From: Ferruginibacter sp.
Lineage (GTDB): Bacteria; Bacteroidota; Bacteroidia; Chitinophagales; Chitinophagaceae
Length of the DNA stretch: 49,109 nt
Assembly: GCA_031377605.1 (NCBI GenBank)
Contig: JANMFB010000277.1
Span: forward strand, 1 to 49,109
Direction: 5' to 3'
Of this stretch, positions 9,678 through 18,636 are shown in pieces; within the stretch, counting starts at the first letter, position 1; each line of letters begins with the position of its first letter. The position numbers and the translations under genes were made by a program. The notes beneath the pieces were generated by a model that was given only the letters and a program-made list of their open reading frames with translations, was not told the DNA's origin and did no database searches.

Positions 9678-9789
9678 AAGGCAGCACAAAACAACTCAAA
9701 TTTGTACGTAAGGATTTACAAATTTGAACTAAATCGTTAGATATATTTCTACAAAAAAATCTAACTGTTGATTGTTTTGAGGCTGCCTT
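9678..9789. repeat. Nested inverted-repeat element, possibly acting as a terminator
   Basis: AAGGCAGCACAAAACAA (9678) and TTGTTTTGAGGCTGCCTT (ending 9789, then a T-run) enclose the perfect 10-bp IR CAAATTTGTA/TACAAATTTG (9697-9726). Confidence 0.65.
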
Positions 9790-9926
9790 TTTATATAGAA
9801 AATCTTTTATTGCCAATTACAATTTTTATAACATTTTCGTGTTTTACTATTTTGTATTTTTAGAGTCAGAAATCCATTGTTTATTGTAAAGTACATATTG
9901 TAATGTAGCAATCTAAAAGGCCCAAC

Positions 9927-10508
9927 ATGAAAAACACTCTAATTATTGGCATAATTGCTTTCATTTGCGTAACAGTACTCTCCTCTTTTGAGCCTGTAAC
10001 TAAAAACTTTCGTTCTTTAACGAAACGAGCAGGAGTTAAAAAATCCTTTAGGCTTAGAGGTGCAATAAATCCGTATTCAATTATTATTTTAAAAAAGAAA
10101 TATGAATTACAAGTTTTTGATGAAGAAGGTTGGTATGAAACCTACCCAATTGTATTTGGCAGCAAAGATCTTGGGGATAAAATGAGAGAAGGAGACAGAA
10201 GAACCCCAACAGGAAGTTTTAAAATAATCATGAAAAAGGTAAATAAAAGATGGGGACAAGAGTTGTTGTTAGATTATCCGAATGAAGAAAGTGTGCGTCG
10301 ATTTAAAGAGAGAAAAGCAAAAGGATTAATTGCTGCAAATGCCCGTATAGGTGATGGTATAGCTATACATGCTACACGCAAGGAGGAAGAGTGGACTATA
10401 GATAATTTTTACAATTGGACAGACGGTTGTATCTCTATAAAATATTCTGAAATGCAAGAGTTGTATGATTTTATACCAGTGGGAACACCTGTTACGATTC
10501 AGCCTTAG
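9927..10508 (+). CDS. L,D-transpeptidase (YkuD) family protein
   Basis: KMREGDRRTPTG and IAIH...WTDGCI (catalytic His/Cys); signal peptide. Confidence 0.88.
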   Translation: MKNTLIIGIIAFICVTVLSSFEPVTKNFRSLTKRAGVKKSFRLRGAINPYSIIILKKKYELQVFDEEGWYETYPIVFGSKDLGDKMREGDRRTPTGSFKIIMKKVNKRWGQELLLDYPNEESVRRFKERKAKGLIAANARIGDGIAIHATRKEEEWTIDNFYNWTDGCISIKYSEMQELYDFIPVGTPVTIQP

Positions 10509-11730
10509 CATTAATGTAAATCAAACTACTATCCCCATAACTTAAAAAACGAAAGTTTTTTTGCAAAGCATATTCATACATTTTTTTCCAATCACCACCA
10601 ATAGCTGCAGCTATAAGTAGCAATAAAGTAGATTTTGGCTGGTGAAAATTTGTAACCAACATATTTGCAATACGAAACGTATAGCCCGGTGCAATTAAGA
10701 TTTGCGTTTGAGTAAAGATATTTTCCAATTTATTTTCCTCCATCCATTCAATTAAAGCAGCTAGTACATCATTAGCATTTATGGGATTGCGGTTATTCTC
10801 TTCGGCATAAGCATCCCATTGTGTAATTATTAAGTCTTTCGCTTCTTTATTCTTAAGTATTCTCAATCCTATCCAATACAATGTTTCTATTGTTCGAAGA
10901 GATGTAGTACCTACTGCAGTAATTCTCCCAAGATTATGCTTTATGGTTTTAATCGTTTCTATGTTTACATCAATATACTCTGCATGCATTTCATGCTCAG
11001 CCATCGTATTTGCTTTTACGGGCTTAAATGTGCCCGCTCCTACATGTAAGGTTACGTATGCTTTATTTATATTTTTATTGGATAATTTTTTAAAAACGTT
11101 TTCAGAAAAATGCAAACCTGCAGTAGGTGCAGCTACGGATCCATCGTGGGCTGCATAAATAGTTTGATATCTACTTATGTCCTCTTTTTCAGTATTTCGT
11201 TTTATATATGGAGGCAACGGAACAAATCCCGCAGTTTCAATAATTTCCGCAAAAGTAAAATGTGTAGGCTGCCAAGCAAATTCAATAATAAATGCTTCTG
11301 TAATTTTTTCTACTTTAGTTGCTTTTAAAATCACTTTTTCGTTGCCTATCTCCATTTGCTTTTCAAGATAATCTTCTTTCCATTTAGCAGCACCACCTAC
11401 CAAACATTTCCATCTACTTACCTTTTTACGTAGCATTATACTGCTATACTCCGTAATATTTCCATAGGGCTCTAAGCAAAAAATTTCAATAGTAGAACCA
11501 TTGGTTTTAGTAAATTTTATTCTAGCATTTATAACTCTAGAATTATTAAAAACGAGTAAGCTATTTTCCTTCAAATGGGTATCAATATTTGCAAATGTGG
11601 ATTCGCTTATGTTGCCATTTTTATACAATAGTAATTTTGATGCGTCCCTTTCCGCTAGTGGATGCAAAGCAATTCGCTCATCTGGCAAATTGTAATCATA
11701 ATCATTGATAGATATTTCTTGTGGAATCAT
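10492..11730 (-). CDS. queA: S-adenosylmethionine:tRNA ribosyltransferase-isomerase
   Basis: YDYNLPDERIA, PLPPYI, YQTIYA, GSVAAPTAGLHF, TLHVGAGTF, VGTTSLR, TNFHQPKST and FLSYGD motifs. Confidence 0.95.
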   Translation of the reverse strand: MIPQEISINDYDYNLPDERIALHPLAERDASKLLLYKNGNISESTFANIDTHLKENSLLVFNNSRVINARIKFTKTNGSTIEIFCLEPYGNITEYSSIMLRKKVSRWKCLVGGAAKWKEDYLEKQMEIGNEKVILKATKVEKITEAFIIEFAWQPTHFTFAEIIETAGFVPLPPYIKRNTEKEDISRYQTIYAAHDGSVAAPTAGLHFSENVFKKLSNKNINKAYVTLHVGAGTFKPVKANTMAEHEMHAEYIDVNIETIKTIKHNLGRITAVGTTSLRTIETLYWIGLRILKNKEAKDLIITQWDAYAEENNRNPINANDVLAALIEWMEENKLENIFTQTQILIAPGYTFRIANMLVTNFHQPKSTLLLLIAAAIGGDWKKMYEYALQKNFRFLSYGDSSLIYINAKAES

Positions 11731-12665
11731 TATTTTAAAAATTCAGTTACAGAAGCCACCCATTTTTCATGTTCGTTTGCACAAAGAGATTGGTGCCCTG
11801 AGTTTTCATATACAACTAGCTTTTTAGGACTAGTAATATTTGCATAAACTTCGTTTGTTTCTTTTTGAGAAACTCTAGGGTCATTTTTGCCCCATTGCAC
11901 AAGGACAGGACATTTTATTTTTTTTACGTATTCTGTAGGTTTCATATTAAAGGCCCAGAAGCCATGCTCTACTCCACCCCAAAATGTTAACAAAACAGAA
12001 ATAGGTTGTGCTGGCAAGCCCATCATTTTCACTCGGCCTACCACTGCATCTGATAAAGAACCAAATGGCATTTCTAAAATAATTTTATTTGGCGTAAGTA
12101 GATAATCATTCATAGCTTTTGATACTGCCGATGCACCCATAGATATTCCCCAAAGTGTGATATTTTTTTCACCTTTTTGACTTAGATAATCATATGCAGC
12201 CTTTACATCATCGCTTTCATTTGCGCCTATAGTGCATGTATTACCTTCACTATTTCCATGCGCTCTAAAATCTATAAGTAGGGTATTGTACCCAAGGGTT
12301 CTAAAAGATTTTGCCTCTTCTAAAATGGCTGATTTTTTACTTCCATGACCATGAAACATAGCGACAGTTCCTTTTGCATTGGGAACAGAAATTATCCAAG
12401 CATCCAATTTTAACCCATCGGTAGTAGCCAACTTTATATCTTGATATGTACTATCGGGTGCAATATTTTTTTGTTTAATAGCATTTATACCAAAAAGTAT
12501 TTCTTTGGTAATATCCCATTTCGTTTTATCCTGTTGCTTTTTTATTGTTACTTCATTTGGCTCATAAAAATGGGTAAACTTATAGGCATGAAATATTACA
12601 ACCACATTTAATAAAATAAAAAGTACTAAGAAGCCTCTGAGAATATACTTTAGAATTTTTTTCAT
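11730..12665 (-). CDS. Alpha/beta fold hydrolase, membrane-anchored
   Basis: FHGHG, DFRAHGNSEG, GISMG nucleophile elbow, DPRV and GH; translationally coupled to queA. Confidence 0.85.
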   Translation of the reverse strand: MKKILKYILRGFLVLFILLNVVVIFHAYKFTHFYEPNEVTIKKQQDKTKWDITKEILFGINAIKQKNIAPDSTYQDIKLATTDGLKLDAWIISVPNAKGTVAMFHGHGSKKSAILEEAKSFRTLGYNTLLIDFRAHGNSEGNTCTIGANESDDVKAAYDYLSQKGEKNITLWGISMGASAVSKAMNDYLLTPNKIILEMPFGSLSDAVVGRVKMMGLPAQPISVLLTFWGGVEHGFWAFNMKPTEYVKKIKCPVLVQWGKNDPRVSQKETNEVYANITSPKKLVVYENSGHQSLCANEHEKWVASVTEFLK

Positions 12666-12860
12666 GCTGTAAATATATAAATTTTATGCTTGAATTATTA
12701 GGGAGTTAGTTTTAATGTAATCGCTTACTAAAATACTTCAATCCTCGTATTTTCATTTTTCTTCTTGAGCTTTTGGCAAAACATTCTGATATACCTTAGC
12801 CATTTATGGCTTACTTTAAAAACTTACTTTAATAGTATCTTTGTAACCTAATCTTTACAC

Positions 12861-14471
12861 ATGCAAACAGATATTTTAGTAATTGGTTCGGGTATAGCAG
12901 GGCTTACTTACGCTCTAAAATGTGCCCAAGCATTACCTGATAAAAAAATTACTATACTTACAAAAACACAAAGCGATGAAACGAATACAAAATATGCACA
13001 AGGCGGTATTGCTGGAGTAATAAATTTTGACGAAGATAGTTTTGCAAAACACATAGAGGATACGCTCATTGCTGGTGACGGCCTTTGCAATCCTCATGTG
13101 GTAGAAATAGTAGTAAAAGAAGGTGTAGAAAGAATTAAGGAGTTAATATCTTGGGGAGCAGAATTTGATAAAGATCCTGATGGTGATTATAAACTTGGCA
13201 AAGAAGGTGGGCATAGTGAGCATAGAATTTTGCATCACAAAGATGTTACAGGTAAAGAAATGGAACGAGCTTTACTAGAAGCCATTAAAAAATGTAGCAA
13301 CATTAATTTGATAAGCCATTGTTTTGTACTGGATATTATTACGCAACATCACCTTGGCTATTTGGTTACAAAATCTACTCCGGATATTGCTTGCTATGGT
13401 GTATATGTATTGAACCTTACTACAAATAAAATTGAAAAAATAACTGCTGCAATTACCATGCTTGCTACAGGTGGCAATGGGCAAGTTTATAGAAGTACAA
13501 CCAACCCTGCAATAGCTACAGGAGATGGTGTGGCAATGGTTTACAGAGCAAAGGGCAGAATTGAAAATATTGAGTTCATTCAATTTCATCCTACCGCATT
13601 GTACGAGGCGGGTGTACGTGGTCACTCGTTTTTAATTACCGAAGCAGTACGTGGAGATGGTGGTATTTTGCGCAATGCAAAGGGAGTTGCTTTTATGGAA
13701 AACTATGATGAAAGAAAAGATTTAGCTCCAAGAGATATTGTAGCAAGAGCTATTGACAATGAAATGAAAGTAAATGGAACAGAATTTGTTTACTTAGATT
13801 GTAGGCACATGGACCAAGAAAAATTTAAGGAGCACTTTCCAAATATTAGAGAAAAATGTATGAGTATTGGCATTGATGTTGCAAAAGATATGATTCCCGT
13901 TTCACCAGCTGCACATTATAGTTGTGGTGGGGTAAAAACGGATGAATATGGTCATTCATCTATAAGAAATTTATATGCTGCAGGTGAATGTGCAAGCACT
14001 GGCTTACATGGTGCAAATAGACTTGCAAGTAATTCACTTTTAGAGGCGATGGTATTTGCTCACAGAGCCTATACTGACACAATAGTTAAAGTTGAGTCTA
14101 ATAATTTTTCTATTATTAATGAAAACGAAATACCTTATTGGAACGCTGCGGGTACTACTGCCCCTAAGGAAATGATTTTAATAACCCAGAGCTTGAAAGA
14201 AATGAAACTGTTAATGAGTGATTATGTTGGTATTGTTCGTAACAATGAAAGATTACAAAGAGCAAATAGGCGAATAGATTTATTACACGAAGAAACAGAG
14301 CATTTGTATGAAAGAACAGAGGTATCTCCTCAATTGTGTGAGCTAAGAAACATGATCACGGTATCTTACCTTATTATAAAAAGTGCAGAGCTTCGCAAAG
14401 AGAGCAGAGGCTTACATTTTAATACTGATTATCCGAATAAACAAAAAGTTTTGCAAAATACCGTTTTGTAA
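12861..14471 (+). CDS. nadB: L-aspartate oxidase
   Basis: GSGIAG, YAQGGI, EGGHS, EFIQFHPT, DLAPRDIVAR and GLHGANRLASNSLLE motifs; TATCTTTG promoter at 12836. Confidence 0.96.
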   Translation: MQTDILVIGSGIAGLTYALKCAQALPDKKITILTKTQSDETNTKYAQGGIAGVINFDEDSFAKHIEDTLIAGDGLCNPHVVEIVVKEGVERIKELISWGAEFDKDPDGDYKLGKEGGHSEHRILHHKDVTGKEMERALLEAIKKCSNINLISHCFVLDIITQHHLGYLVTKSTPDIACYGVYVLNLTTNKIEKITAAITMLATGGNGQVYRSTTNPAIATGDGVAMVYRAKGRIENIEFIQFHPTALYEAGVRGHSFLITEAVRGDGGILRNAKGVAFMENYDERKDLAPRDIVARAIDNEMKVNGTEFVYLDCRHMDQEKFKEHFPNIREKCMSIGIDVAKDMIPVSPAAHYSCGGVKTDEYGHSSIRNLYAAGECASTGLHGANRLASNSLLEAMVFAHRAYTDTIVKVESNNFSIINENEIPYWNAAGTTAPKEMILITQSLKEMKLLMSDYVGIVRNNERLQRANRRIDLLHEETEHLYERTEVSPQLCELRNMITVSYLIIKSAELRKESRGLHFNTDYPNKQKVLQNTVL

Positions 14472-14569
14472 TATTTTGTATTATCAAGTGACTGACTGCT
14501 TATTCGAGACACCCAAAGGGTAGATGCATGAATCTGTCTTATACATAGCTTACTTGGTATCCTTCACCG

Positions 14570-14666
14570 TGTGTATTCGTAATAGTCCAATTGCATTGGC
14601 CTAAACGACTACTAGAGCGGCATTAAACAGAAAGTCAATTGGACTACATATCGATATAATTGGTAT
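14570..14666. repeat. 97-bp dispersed palindromic element, copy 1
   Basis: Perfect 11-bp IR TAGTCCAATTG (14583) / CAATTGGACTA (ending 14646). Ungapped inverted match to 26396-26492, about 13 mismatches by hand count. Confidence 0.9.
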
Positions 14667-14712
14667 TAGAGCCTTTGTGGTTCAAAAAAACTTTAGATTA
14701 TATTTGCAAACT

Positions 14713-15615
14713 ATGTACTACATTATTTACCCATTATTGTATTTGTTTTCTTTACTGCCGTTTTTTATACTATATGGTATTAGCGATTTATTTTCGTTCT
14801 TATTATGCCATGTTATAAAATACAGAAAAGAGGTTGTATTAAATAATTTACGCATAGCCTTTCCTGAAAAGACAGAAATAGAAAGAATTCAAATTGCTAG
14901 AAAATTCTATACCTACTTTACAGATACATTTATTGAGTCACTTAAATTTATTTCAATAAGTAAAAAACAATTATTAAAAAGAACAACAGGAGATTTTGAT
15001 TTGATAAATGAGTTAATAGAAAAAGGTTACAATATTAATTTAATGGCGGGGCATCAATTTAATTGGGAGTATGCCAATTTAATTTACTCAATTAATTTAA
15101 AAATCCCTTTTGTAGGCATTTATATTCCAATTACAAATAAGGCAATTGGAAAAATATTTTTTGATATACGATGCAGGTATGGAACTATTATGGTTGGTGC
15201 GAATGAATTTAAAAATAGGATGCACGACGTTTTTACAAAACAATATTTAATGGCATTGGCTGCAGATCAAAATCCTGGTGTGCCAAAAACAGCTTTCTGG
15301 CTCAATTTTTTTGGCCATCCAACACCATTTGTAACAGGCCCTGAAAAAGGTGCAAGAAAACACAATGCTGCAGTTGTTTATGTAGGCTTTAAGAAAGTAA
15401 AAAGAGGGCATTATAGTTTTAAAGCCAATTTGCTTTGCGAAAAAGGGGCAACTACTAAAGAAGGAGAACTTACAAATTTATATAGAGATATTTTAGAAAA
15501 AACCATTAAAGAAGACCCTGCTAATTATTTGTGGAGCCACCGTAGGTTTAAGTTTGAATGGAATGATAGCTATAAAGATTTGTGGATAGATAATAGAGCT
15601 CCAGTACCTCAATGA
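14713..15615 (+). CDS. Lipid A biosynthesis / lysophospholipid acyltransferase (LpxL/HtrB family)
   Basis: YRKEVVLNNLRIAFPE, GHQFNWE, ADQNP and YLWSHRRFK motifs; likely ATG at 14713 just after TATATTTG. Confidence 0.88.
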   Translation: MYYIIYPLLYLFSLLPFFILYGISDLFSFLLCHVIKYRKEVVLNNLRIAFPEKTEIERIQIARKFYTYFTDTFIESLKFISISKKQLLKRTTGDFDLINELIEKGYNINLMAGHQFNWEYANLIYSINLKIPFVGIYIPITNKAIGKIFFDIRCRYGTIMVGANEFKNRMHDVFTKQYLMALAADQNPGVPKTAFWLNFFGHPTPFVTGPEKGARKHNAAVVYVGFKKVKRGHYSFKANLLCEKGATTKEGELTNLYRDILEKTIKEDPANYLWSHRRFKFEWNDSYKDLWIDNRAPVPQ

Positions 15616-15633
15616 TAAATTATATTTACCATC

Positions 15634-16347
15634 ATGCCATTACCATTTTTCTTTACTGAGCCAATAAATTCTTCTGATAGTTTTGTTGTACTAAATGAAG
15701 AAAACTCCAAGCACATAGTGCAAGTACTTCGTATGCAGGCAGGCAAGCAAATAAAGCTTACTGATGGTTTTGGGAATATTTATTTGGCAGAAATTACAGA
15801 TGCAAATAAAAAAAAGTGTACCGTAAAAATTATTGATAGAGAATTTGTAGAAGCTAATAAAAACAAAATTTGCATAGCGGTTTCTCCAGTAAAAAATAAC
15901 AGCAGACTAGAGTGGTTTTTAGAAAAAGCTACTGAAATAGGCGTTACAGAAATTGTAATGCTTATGTGTGATAGAACCGAAAAACAATTCTTAAAAAAAG
16001 AGCGTATGAAAGGAATATTAGTAAGCGCTTTGTTGCAGTCTCAGCAAGCTTGGTTACCAATATTTACTGAAGCTAAAAAATTTGATGCATTTGTAAAAGA
16101 AAGAAAAGAAGAGCACAAATTCATTGCTCATTGTGAAGACGAAATTAAACATTCATTAAAAACTATCATTTCAACTCTTCAACCCTTTTACAATTCAACT
16201 ATAGTAGTTGGCCCCGAGGGCGATTTTACAAAAGAGGAAATAACACTTGCATTGCAAAATAAGTTTTTACCAGTATCTCTAGGCGATACAAGATTGCGAA
16301 CAGAAACTGCTGCATTGGTTGCTACCACATTGCTTTGCATAAAATAG
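15634..16347 (+). CDS. rsmE: 16S rRNA m3U1498 methyltransferase
   Basis: HIVQVLRM, EKATEIGV, VGPEGDF and LGDTRLRTETA motifs. Confidence 0.95.
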   Translation: MPLPFFFTEPINSSDSFVVLNEENSKHIVQVLRMQAGKQIKLTDGFGNIYLAEITDANKKKCTVKIIDREFVEANKNKICIAVSPVKNNSRLEWFLEKATEIGVTEIVMLMCDRTEKQFLKKERMKGILVSALLQSQQAWLPIFTEAKKFDAFVKERKEEHKFIAHCEDEIKHSLKTIISTLQPFYNSTIVVGPEGDFTKEEITLALQNKFLPVSLGDTRLRTETAALVATTLLCIK

Positions 16348-16349
16348 GT

Positions 16350-17159
16350 TTAATGAGCACTATCAGAAATCCCTTCCCCAGTATTCTCTTCAGGTAACAC
16401 TGGTTCATTCAAACGAACAACTCGTCTTTTCCTTGCTTTTCGTACTAGTCTAATATTAAGTAGTTCTACCAAAAATGAGAATGCCATGCCGAAGTAAACA
16501 TAATTTTTTAGATGTAAATCATGTGCTTTTTCACTATCCCAGCCTTCTATAACCAATGTAAGGCCTATCATAACTAAGAACGATAAAGCCAACATTTTTA
16601 ACGATGGATGCTTATGAATAAATGCAGAAATTTTTGGGCTAAATAAAAACATGATGATCATAGCAATAACAACCGCAGCAATCATAATTTCTACATGCTC
16701 AGCTGTACCTCCTGCTGTGATGATGCTGTCGAAAGAAAAAACTGTATCAATCAACATTATTTGCATCACGGCTTTACCAAAACTAAGTTCAGGTTTTTTC
16801 TCACCGTAAGCTTCATCATCTTCACCTTCAAGTTTATGGTGTATTTCTCTTACTGTTTTATAAATTAAAAACAAACCTCCTGCAAGCATTACGAGGCTAG
16901 CTATATCAAAATGCTTATCGAAAACATTTAATACAGACTTTCCTTTTTGAGCCAATAACCAGCCAAGCCCCATCAATAAAATACTTCTTATGAGAATACC
17001 TGCAATCATCCATACACGTCTAGCTTTTTTTTCTTTTGCTTGTGGCAGCCTATCAATGATTATACTTACAAAAATGACATTGTCAATTCCCAAAACAACT
17101 TCTAAAATTACTAAAACAAAAAAACTGATAATACTTTCCGATGTAAATAAATACTCCAT
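16350..17159 (-). CDS. TerC family membrane protein
   Basis: LEVVLGIDNVIFV, DTVFSFDSIITA and multiple TM helices. Confidence 0.92.
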   Translation of the reverse strand: MEYLFTSESIISFFVLVILEVVLGIDNVIFVSIIIDRLPQAKEKKARRVWMIAGILIRSILLMGLGWLLAQKGKSVLNVFDKHFDIASLVMLAGGLFLIYKTVREIHHKLEGEDDEAYGEKKPELSFGKAVMQIMLIDTVFSFDSIITAGGTAEHVEIMIAAVVIAMIIMFLFSPKISAFIHKHPSLKMLALSFLVMIGLTLVIEGWDSEKAHDLHLKNYVYFGMAFSFLVELLNIRLVRKARKRRVVRLNEPVLPEENTGEGISDSAH

Positions 17160-17212
17160 AAAAAAAATTTAAATTAATCCTTAACTATATTTTCGCATCA
17201 GAGTCATAGTGT

Positions 17213-17311
17213 TATTTCTAATATCTCCAATCTATTTTTTTCAATTCTTATGTCTTAATACTATTGTTTTAAGTCGCCAATCTTGCGTGTCAAATCTTAC
17301 GTTTTTTGCCT
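17213..17311. repeat. Degenerate 7-nt tandem array (NNAATCT-type) spanning the pyrD stop codon
   Basis: TATTTCT AATATCT CCAATCT ... TATGTCT TAATACT ATTGTTT TAAGTCG CCAATCT TGCGTGT CAAATCT TACGTTT TTTGCCT. Confidence 0.65.
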
Positions 17312-18529
17312 ATTTGCGGCAAGATAAGAAGTAATTTTTTTAACTATTGCAGGTCCTTCGTACACAAAGCCTGTCCACACTTGCACTAGCGATGCGCCAG
17401 CTTTCAATTTTTCTGCTGCATCTTCGCCTGTAAAAATACCTCCACTTGCCATAATCGGAATGGTGTTATTTGTTTGTTTGGCAATGTATGAGATCATTTC
17501 TGTTGCCCTTTGCTTTATAGGTAAGCCACTTAATCCTCCGAGTCCTATTGCCTCGAGTTGCGAATTAGGTGTTATTAAATTGGTCCTATCTAAGCTTGTA
17601 TTTGCCACTACCAATCCATCTAATTTTATTTCCAACGCTAAACTAATTACATCGTCAATTTGTGTTTGTGTAAGATCTGGTGCAATTTTTAAAAGAATAG
17701 GTTTTAGTAAAGTAGTTGAAGGTTGAAGGTTTGTGGAGTTTTCAGCCTCAGCTTGTTGAAAACCATTCTTTGTACTTAATTCCTCATTCTTAGTTTTTAA
17801 CTTTAAAAGAATTTTGCGAAGGCTTTCTTTTTCCTGCAATTCCCTTAAACCAGGCGTGTTTGGGCTGCTTACATTTACTACAAAATAATCTACATAAGGG
17901 TGAAGCGCAATGAAACAAGTTTCATAGTCTTTCCATGCATCTTCGTTGGGTGTAATTTTATTTTTTCCAATGTTGCCACCGATTATCAGCGGGCAGTGGG
18001 CAGTGGGCAGTGGGTTCTCAATTTGCAAACTTTCTTTTGCCAACTGTAAATTGTCAATTGCCAATTGCCCAAAGCCAACCTCCAACCGCCAACGCTTAAG
18101 ACGTTCCGCTACAACATCTACCCCATCGTTATTAAATCCCATTCTATTAATAAGCGCTTTATCTTTTGGCAATCTAAAAAGCCGCGTTTTAGTATTGCCT
18201 TCTTGAGCTAAAGGAGTTACCGTTCCTATCTCTACAAATCCAAAACCGAGGGCTTCTAATTCGTTCAAATATTTTGCGTTTTTATCGAAGCCTGCTGCTA
18301 GGCCAACAGGATTTTTAAAAGGAAGTTGTAAAAGTGTCGAATGTCGAGTGTCGGATTTCGGGTTATTTAACTCGTAACTTCCCACTCGTAACTCGTAACC
18401 TTTGTAATGTTTAGCAATTATATTTTTTATAAACTTTACACTGCAAAGAAACTTCAAACCATTCATAGAGAAATGGTGCACTTTTTCAGCATCGAACATG
18501 AAAAGGAAACTGCGAAGGAGATTATACAT
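17297..18529 (-). CDS. pyrD: Quinone-dependent dihydroorotate dehydrogenase (class 2) with repeat-derived insertions
   Basis: NPVGLAAGFDKN, GTVTP, NRMGFNN, NIGKN, VNVSSPNTPGLR, LKIAPD and GGLSG motifs; 410 aa. Confidence 0.96.
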   Translation of the reverse strand: MYNLLRSFLFMFDAEKVHHFSMNGLKFLCSVKFIKNIIAKHYKGYELRVGSYELNNPKSDTRHSTLLQLPFKNPVGLAAGFDKNAKYLNELEALGFGFVEIGTVTPLAQEGNTKTRLFRLPKDKALINRMGFNNDGVDVVAERLKRWRLEVGFGQLAIDNLQLAKESLQIENPLPTAHCPLIIGGNIGKNKITPNEDAWKDYETCFIALHPYVDYFVVNVSSPNTPGLRELQEKESLRKILLKLKTKNEELSTKNGFQQAEAENSTNLQPSTTLLKPILLKIAPDLTQTQIDDVISLALEIKLDGLVVANTSLDRTNLITPNSQLEAIGLGGLSGLPIKQRATEMISYIAKQTNNTIPIMASGGIFTGEDAAEKLKAGASLVQVWTGFVYEGPAIVKKITSYLAANRQKT

Positions 18530-18636
18530 AATTGCTGCAAATATAAACCATCCTTTTTTTTATTAATTGTTTTAAATTTCTATCTTTGAACTAGAAAGTT
18601 GCATAAACAACTATTATAAATTTAAAAAATACGCTC

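Noticed and set aside
10492-10508. Convergent 17-bp overlap of the L,D-transpeptidase gene and queA
   Set aside because: Short convergent overlaps are common and there is no further signal.
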